Shown here one piece after another: positions 43,295 through 47,715 of a stretch of DNA of 47,715 nt. The stretch covers positions 1-47,715 of the forward strand of contig CAYGMC010000003.1 in assembly GCA_964351105.1 (NCBI GenBank), read 5' to 3'. Within the stretch, counting starts at the first letter, position 1; each line of letters begins with the position of its first letter. The position numbers and the translations under genes were made by a program. Under the pieces are notes generated by a model. The model did no database searches. It was not told where the DNA came from and worked only from the letters and a program-made list of their open reading frames with translations. This DNA comes from an uncultured Candidatus Saccharibacteria bacterium. GTDB taxonomy: Bacteria > Patescibacteriota > Minisyncoccia > Phycocordibacterales > UBA2100.

Positions 43295-43390
43295 CGGAGA
43301 ATTTCTTGGAGAAATTCCCCGTGAATCATCAAATTTTATTGGATAAAATTTGATGATTCACATCCTCTCCGGTGCCGAGATGCCGAGTAT
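43295..43390 (-). repeat. 96-nt repeat module, copy R (argS 3' end plus double hairpin)
   Basis: See copy L. The 39-nt palindrome is at 43322-43360, and the stem starts at the argS TGA. Confidence 0.85.
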
Positions 43391-45043
43391 CCAGAGGCCG
43401 TTTTTGAGCGTCCGGCGGACGGCATCTACCAGCGCGACTTTATGCGCGGCTTCAGGAGTACCATCGAGAATATGCACCTGCGCGTACCAACTATTAAACG
43501 CGCTCGCAAACTCCAATAGGTAGTTGGTCAGCAAATGCGGCTCGTTGTGTCCTGCGGCGTATTCGACGGCCTCAGGAAAGCGATGCAAAAGGCGTATCAC
43601 GTCATTCGATTCCACAGAAGCATTTGCGGCACCGGTAATTCCTTGTTCTTTGGCCTTCTCCACAATCTGATGCGCACGCGCATGCGCGTATTGCAGATAC
43701 GGTCCCGAATCTCCTTCGAGAGAAAGCGCACGCTCACGATCAAAAATAATGTCTTTGCCAGAAGTCTGTTTGAGTATCTGGTATTTGATAGCGGCAACGG
43801 CAATAACTTGCGCGAGTTTCTCTGGATCATCGGCACTCCGCCTGCTGGCGGATTCAGCGGCGCGCATTTTTGCCGCTTCCGTGAGGTCGTTGATGAGGTC
43901 TTCTCCGCGCACGATGTTGCCGGTGCGCGACGACATCTTGCCATCGGCAAAACGCAACATGCCATTGGTTTTGAAAGAGAGCTTCCCGCGCAATTCTGGC
44001 AAAGCAAGCTCCATTGCTTTCATCAAGACTTTGAAATACTCGCCCTGCTCGTTGCCCGTGATGGTAATGGTGAGATCAAACGGACACGTCTCTGCTTTCA
44101 TCCGCGCAAGCCCGAGCTCTTTGGCTTCATAGGTCGGTAGCCCCTGCTTATTGAGAAACACACGCGTATGAAGGCCGTATTCTTCTCCGCGGAAAATGAC
44201 AGCGCCATCGCTCTCGGGAAAAATCTCGGGATGCGCGCGAACGATGGGTACACCTTTGGGCCCCGTCTCGCTCTCGAAGAAATAGTAATCAAACTTTGTG
44301 CCAAGGACTTTGTAAATTTCCTCGAAATGATCGAGCGAGAGCTTCCTCCCCTTTGCATAGAGGTCGTTTACCTGTTGGTCGCTCTTGTCGTATATCTTTT
44401 TGTTCAACGCCTCGATAGCGCTTTTTGCTGATGGGTCGTCCTCGTATCGCTTTGAGCCTTCCGGATACGCAGTGCTCAAGTCGGCGACGGTGGGGTCTGT
44501 GATGCCGCGCTCGAGCAGGATAAATATGGATTTGGCAACGTGGATGCCCACGTCACCTTGATAATTGGCGCGCTTCACAGAGGCGCCGGAAAATTCAAGG
44601 AGCCGTGCGATGGATTCGCCGAGCGCGTTGGGGACCAAGTGGCCGATGTGAAATTCTTTGAACGGATTGGGGTCGGTGTATTCGACCATGACAACCTTGC
44701 CCACCCACGACGAATTACTCCCCCACATATCCTTTGTACGAGCCTCTTCCACTGCAGACGAAAGCGCCGACGAATCAAGATAGAAATTGATAAATCCCGG
44801 ACCTGCGACCTCGATTCTTTGAATCGAGGTCGGTCCGAGCGAAGTCGAGGACCTGATATGCTCCGCCAATTGCTCCGCAAGCACTCGCGGCGTCATCCCC
44901 GCCTGCTTCGCGTACTGTAGAGCAACGCCCGAAGAATAGTCGCCATTCTTCAAATCCGCGGGATGCTCAAGTGAAATCTCAACACCCGAAATACCCGCGC
45001 TTTCAAGCGCAAGATTGATTGCCTTTTGTAGCTTCTCTTTCAT
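43358..45043 (-). CDS. argS: Arginyl-tRNA synthetase
   Basis: N-terminal Arg_tRNA_synt_N-like region, EYTDPNPFKEFHIGHL (HIGH), the DALR anticodon-binding region and the C-terminal ...ILGISAPERM. Confidence 0.95.
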   Translation of the reverse strand: MKEKLQKAINLALESAGISGVEISLEHPADLKNGDYSSGVALQYAKQAGMTPRVLAEQLAEHIRSSTSLGPTSIQRIEVAGPGFINFYLDSSALSSAVEEARTKDMWGSNSSWVGKVVMVEYTDPNPFKEFHIGHLVPNALGESIARLLEFSGASVKRANYQGDVGIHVAKSIFILLERGITDPTVADLSTAYPEGSKRYEDDPSAKSAIEALNKKIYDKSDQQVNDLYAKGRKLSLDHFEEIYKVLGTKFDYYFFESETGPKGVPIVRAHPEIFPESDGAVIFRGEEYGLHTRVFLNKQGLPTYEAKELGLARMKAETCPFDLTITITGNEQGEYFKVLMKAMELALPELRGKLSFKTNGMLRFADGKMSSRTGNIVRGEDLINDLTEAAKMRAAESASRRSADDPEKLAQVIAVAAIKYQILKQTSGKDIIFDRERALSLEGDSGPYLQYAHARAHQIVEKAKEQGITGAANASVESNDVIRLLHRFPEAVEYAAGHNEPHLLTNYLLEFASAFNSWYAQVHILDGTPEAAHKVALVDAVRRTLKNGLWILGISAPERM

Positions 45044-45078
45044 GTTCCTATTGTACTTGATTCTGCATAAAAACGTCG

Positions 45079-45107
45079 CCCCGGTTCCACTCTATGCGGA
45101 ACCGGGG
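45079..45107 (-). terminator. Terminator after the 45136 orphan gene
   Basis: Minus strand CCCCGGTTCC-9 nt-GGAACCGGGG followed by CGACGTTTTTAT. Confidence 0.55.
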
Positions 45108-45135
45108 GATACACTTCACCTTCGGACGACTAGCC

Positions 45136-45720
45136 TCAATCGGCCTGAAGGTCTTTGATAAATTGTGCGATTACTGCCGCCTCCCTTTGTGCCCTCTCCC
45201 GTGCGTCACTCGCAAGGGCCTCGTCAATCGGATCGAGTATCCGACGGGCGAAGACGGACGCAGTTACGCCCTTTGGCATCTTCAGAACCTGCAGAGCAAC
45301 TTGCGGCGGAGAACCAAGTCCCCAACCTCTCCAATGCAAAACCTTGACCACGCATCGGACGCGATCCGGCTCCTGAAGGGTGAGGATTTTCCGAAACACA
45401 GCCACCGTAAGGGTATCATCCGCTGGTGGTTTCGGCTCAACAACCTCTACGAAGTTGCCTTCTGCATCTGTGAGGTGCAGACGTTCGGCAAGCCAGACTA
45501 ACTTCCCCTTGCCGAACAGCAGAGAATCGTCTATGCGGCGGACTATGGGGTTTTCCGGACCGAAGTACTCGTGAGCTCTTACCTGGTGATAAAGAGGAAC
45601 TAAGCTCTCCAACCCGGGCATCTCCCGCAGGAGAGCTACGTACCTCTCGTCCCTTTTGGGCACTGTGCCCAAAAGGCGCCGAATCCACCCACGCAGAGTA
45701 ACTCTAAGAACTATACTCAT
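45136..45720 (-). CDS. Hypothetical protein, G+C-rich orphan (194 aa)
   Basis: The ATG at 45720 has a GGGAG SD about 6 nt upstream (another ATG is at 45738). G+C is about 58% by hand count. No family recognised. Confidence 0.55.
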   Translation of the reverse strand: MSIVLRVTLRGWIRRLLGTVPKRDERYVALLREMPGLESLVPLYHQVRAHEYFGPENPIVRRIDDSLLFGKGKLVWLAERLHLTDAEGNFVEVVEPKPPADDTLTVAVFRKILTLQEPDRVRCVVKVLHWRGWGLGSPPQVALQVLKMPKGVTASVFARRILDPIDEALASDARERAQREAAVIAQFIKDLQAD

Positions 45721-45896
45721 TGTCGTCTCCCACGGCATCGCGCCGTATATAAGAGAACCGCATCGCGCGGCCCCTTGGAGTTTGCTAAATCGCTCCGTGG
45801 CCTCGCGCCAAAGAACCTTTAGCTGGAAAATTTATACTACAAAAAATGATCTGGCGCAACTTTCCGCACGGTGCAGACGGATTCTCCGTGCTCATA

Positions 45897-46268
45897 TTAT
45901 AGATCCATGAGCCCAAGACTTATTTCAAGCGCGCGGTCGACGCGCATCATTGTCTCATGCCGCAAGACCCCGAGCCTTTTTCCGAGACGACGTTTGTCGA
46001 TAGTGCGTACTTGATTTAATAGAACTACGCATGGCTTTTCGATTCCCCCGTCAGGAGGATTGACATAGACTTCTGTCGGATACAATTTTGTATCAAATTG
46101 CGAGCTCACCGCCGCGACTATAGTCGTGTTGCCATGACGATTACCGATATTGTTTTGCAGAACGACTGCAGGTCTCGTCTTTTTGATTTCTGATCCGACG
46201 GTCGGATCGAATGCCACCACATACACTTCTCCGCGCAACGGGGTTATGCGCTTGGAGATTTTTGCCAT
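45897..46268 (-). CDS. mazF: MazF/PemK-family endoribonuclease toxin (copy 1)
   Basis: RGEVYVVAFDPTVGSEIKKTRPAVVLQNNIGNRHGNTTIVAAVSSQ...VLLNQVRTIDKRRL is the classic PemK/MazF pattern. Confidence 0.88.
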   Translation of the reverse strand: MAKISKRITPLRGEVYVVAFDPTVGSEIKKTRPAVVLQNNIGNRHGNTTIVAAVSSQFDTKLYPTEVYVNPPDGGIEKPCVVLLNQVRTIDKRRLGKRLGVLRHETMMRVDRALEISLGLMDL

Positions 46269-46504
46269 ACTTCTTCCTCAAGAGGAAACCACTCTTCGGC
46301 AATAGAAAGATCGCGCGCCGCGTGGGCAATCGCACCGAGTCGCAACTGTTTCTTGAGATTCACTCGTCCAATTTCTTTTACATAAAAACGGACAGCTTGA
46401 TCAACGAAGCCACTCCTGTCTCCCTTCTGCGCCACTCTATCAAGAAGCCGTAGGGTGTCTTGCGGTAGTGTCATATTGACCCGTTTGATCGTTGGTGTAC
46501 TCAT
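46244..46504 (-). CDS. Ribbon-helix-helix (CopG-like) antitoxin (copy 1)
   Basis: 86 aa. KRVNMTLPQDTLRLLDRVAQKGDRSGFVDQAVRFYVKE is the RHH pattern. It overlaps the mazF start by 25 nt. Confidence 0.75.
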   Translation of the reverse strand: MSTPTIKRVNMTLPQDTLRLLDRVAQKGDRSGFVDQAVRFYVKEIGRVNLKKQLRLGAIAHAARDLSIAEEWFPLEEEVWQKSPSA

Positions 46505-46547
46505 ACCACGGGAGTATACACACTGAACGTGTGTATCGTCAATGAGC

Positions 46548-46901
46548 CTAATGGGTCAGGGCCACAAACAACCCTTTGATGACGCGGGCCAGCTCGTCGG
46601 GCGTGATGCGACCTATCCTCTTGCCTAATCGCTTCTTGCTGATGGTGCGAATCTGAAACGGAATTGCTTCGCCATCTTTCTTCAAACCATTCATGCGGCT
46701 TTTATACAAAAGCACACAGGTGGGATATGACTTTATTTTCGACGTTACGGGCACGACAATAACTATCGGGAGTGCTTCGTTGAGGGTATCGCCCGATACT
46801 ATGACGACTGGCCGTTTTCCTGACTGCTCGGACCCTTTTGTTGGTTCAAGATCGGCAAACCACACTTCGCCTTGTCGCATATCACGAGCGGCCGACGACA
46901 T
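46548..46901 (-). CDS. MazF/PemK-family toxin (copy 2)
   Basis: RQGEVWFADLEPTKGSEQSGKRPVVIVSGDTLNEALPIVIVVPVTS...QIRTISKKRL. The start is at the ATG at 46901 (or 46880). The 174-aa track ORF is an over-extension into the antitoxin gene. Confidence 0.8.
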   Translation of the reverse strand: MSSAARDMRQGEVWFADLEPTKGSEQSGKRPVVIVSGDTLNEALPIVIVVPVTSKIKSYPTCVLLYKSRMNGLKKDGEAIPFQIRTISKKRLGKRIGRITPDELARVIKGLFVALTH

Positions 46902-47127
46902 GCACGTAGTCTTCCATACCCCACTCCGCAAGTTCGAGCATGTCGGGGTCTTGCGCGGCCTTCTCAAATCCTTTTTTGAGCGACTCTCGTACAGAATCAC
47001 GTTGGTAATACTTGATGGCATCTTCCAGAACGGCGCGGCGAGTAGTTTTCTTCGCACGTGCCCGCTTATCAACCCACGCGATAAGTGTGGGCGAGATGGT
47101 GCTTGTAAATGAAAGTGTTGTTTTCAT
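46882..47127 (-). CDS. Ribbon-helix-helix antitoxin (copy 2)
   Basis: 81 aa. TTLSFTSTISPTLIAWVDKRARAKKTTRRAVLEDAIKYY is RHH-like. It lies immediately upstream of and overlapping MazF copy 2. Confidence 0.7.
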   Translation of the reverse strand: MKTTLSFTSTISPTLIAWVDKRARAKKTTRRAVLEDAIKYYQRDSVRESLKKGFEKAAQDPDMLELAEWGMEDYVHVVGRS

Positions 47128-47185
47128 GCTGACTATTCTATACGTATAATCATACGTATCCTAACACAAACCTGGCCGACACCCC

Positions 47186-47605
47186 CTATTCCGAATCAAT
47201 CCCCATACTTCGCGCGGTGCCGGCGATTATCTTTTTTGCTTGCGTCATGTCGTTGGCATTCAGATCTTCCATTTTTTCCGTCGCAATCTCTTCGAGCTGT
47301 TTTTGGGTAAGCTTGCCCACTTTTGTCTGCGCTTTTTGCGAGCCTTTCTCCAGTCCCATCGCCTTTAGAATGAGGCGCGAGGCGGGTGGCTTCTTGACGA
47401 TAAAGGTGAAACTTCGGTCTTTGTATACCGTGAGGAGGACCGGGACGATACTGCCCATCATGGGGCGCGTGAGCGTGTTGAACTGGTTGACGAATTCGCC
47501 GATGTTGACACCCGCAGGCCCGAGTGCGGTGCCAACTGGCGGCGCTGGTGTCGCCTTGCCTGCCTCTATCTGGAGCTTGATGATTTTTGTAATTTCTTTT
47601 GCCAT
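47186..47605 (-). CDS. rplK: 50S ribosomal protein L11
   Basis: [35 protein letters not shown]...[11 protein letters not shown]...AGTARSMGI is diagnostic. Confidence 0.95.
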   Translation of the reverse strand: MAKEITKIIKLQIEAGKATPAPPVGTALGPAGVNIGEFVNQFNTLTRPMMGSIVPVLLTVYKDRSFTFIVKKPPASRLILKAMGLEKGSQKAQTKVGKLTQKQLEEIATEKMEDLNANDMTQAKKIIAGTARSMGIDSE

Positions 47606-47647
47606 GAAATGGGACTATATCTTCTAATCGATATCTTTTCAACTTAT

Positions 47648-47715
47648 CTACACTCGTTGGACCTGATCGGCTTCGAGCTCCACCGGAGTCTCGCGACCAA
47701 ACATCGGGACTAAAA
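47648..47715 (-). CDS. nusG: Transcription antitermination factor NusG, C-terminal 21 codons only (gene enters from the right edge)
   Basis: The minus-strand frame reads LVPMFGRETPVELEADQVQRV*. This matches the NusG KOW-domain C-terminus (E. coli ...IFGRATPVELDFSQVEKA) in the canonical position upstream of rplK. Confidence 0.7.
   Translation of the reverse strand, partial: LVPMFGRETPVELEADQVQRV

Noticed and set aside
43208-43390. CRISPR-like appearance of repeated 24-40-nt units; the same question arises for the 38-nt palindromes at 27194 and 27839.
   Set aside because: There are only 2-3 copies with irregular spacing. The repeats overlap coding 3' ends, no cas genes are present, and the only Cas2-fold is embedded in a PaaX-like regulator.
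45136-45738. Possible paralogy between the two G+C-rich orphans, which have similar N-termini (MAIVVPIVLRTDL... and MSIVLRVTLRGW...).
   Set aside because: The similarity is limited to a few residues and I could not extend it by eye. I treat them as independent until an alignment or HMM comparison says otherwise.

Overview
This 47.7-kb window is a gene-dense bacterial chromosomal segment, with about 50 protein genes and roughly 85% of them on the minus strand. All family assignments below come from reading the translated ORFs and the DNA by eye; no searches were run.

Housekeeping content:
- nusG (3' end) and rplK at the right edge
- rplJ-rplL near the left edge
- the extreme 5' end of a 23S rRNA gene at positions 1-52
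- rpsF-ssb-rpsR, ftsK, recA, efp and recO
- four aminoacyl-tRNA synthetases (metG, glyQS, ileS, argS)
- a tdh-kbl-GNAT operon

Likely organism (inference only): a CPR/Patescibacteria-like (Parcubacteria-type) bacterium. The evidence is:
- compact aaRS genes
- TrmB-like and PaaX/Cas2-fold regulators
- very large Thr/Gly-rich surface proteins with peptidoglycan-binding domains
- a 23S gene not preceded by 16S
- no rplA next to either rplK or rplJ
- no rplI after rpsR

Accessory content:
1. An MmeI-like type IIL restriction-modification gene, plus an XRE-Panacea(DUF4065)/RelE-like toxin-antitoxin pair.
2. Two tandem RHH/MazF modules.
3. Three G+C-rich orphan genes that look foreign.
4. A tightly coupled three-gene operon encoding a split PEP-utilising phosphotransferase (swivel-His domain, unknown 361-aa protein, ATP-grasp domain). 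I consider this the best candidate for an undescribed system.

Structural oddities at the DNA level:
- 96-nt direct repeats bracket the HAD hydrolase gene and copy the argS 3' end plus a double hairpin.
- Synonymous relics of the rplL 3' end sit downstream of rplL.
- An iteron-like 9-11-nt motif array lies in and upstream of a wHTH gene.
- Two 38-nt palindromes bracket the PaaX-like gene.
- A 14-nt perfect 16S-tail/SD element has no start codon.

I did not see any tRNA gene, CRISPR array, transposase or integrase.
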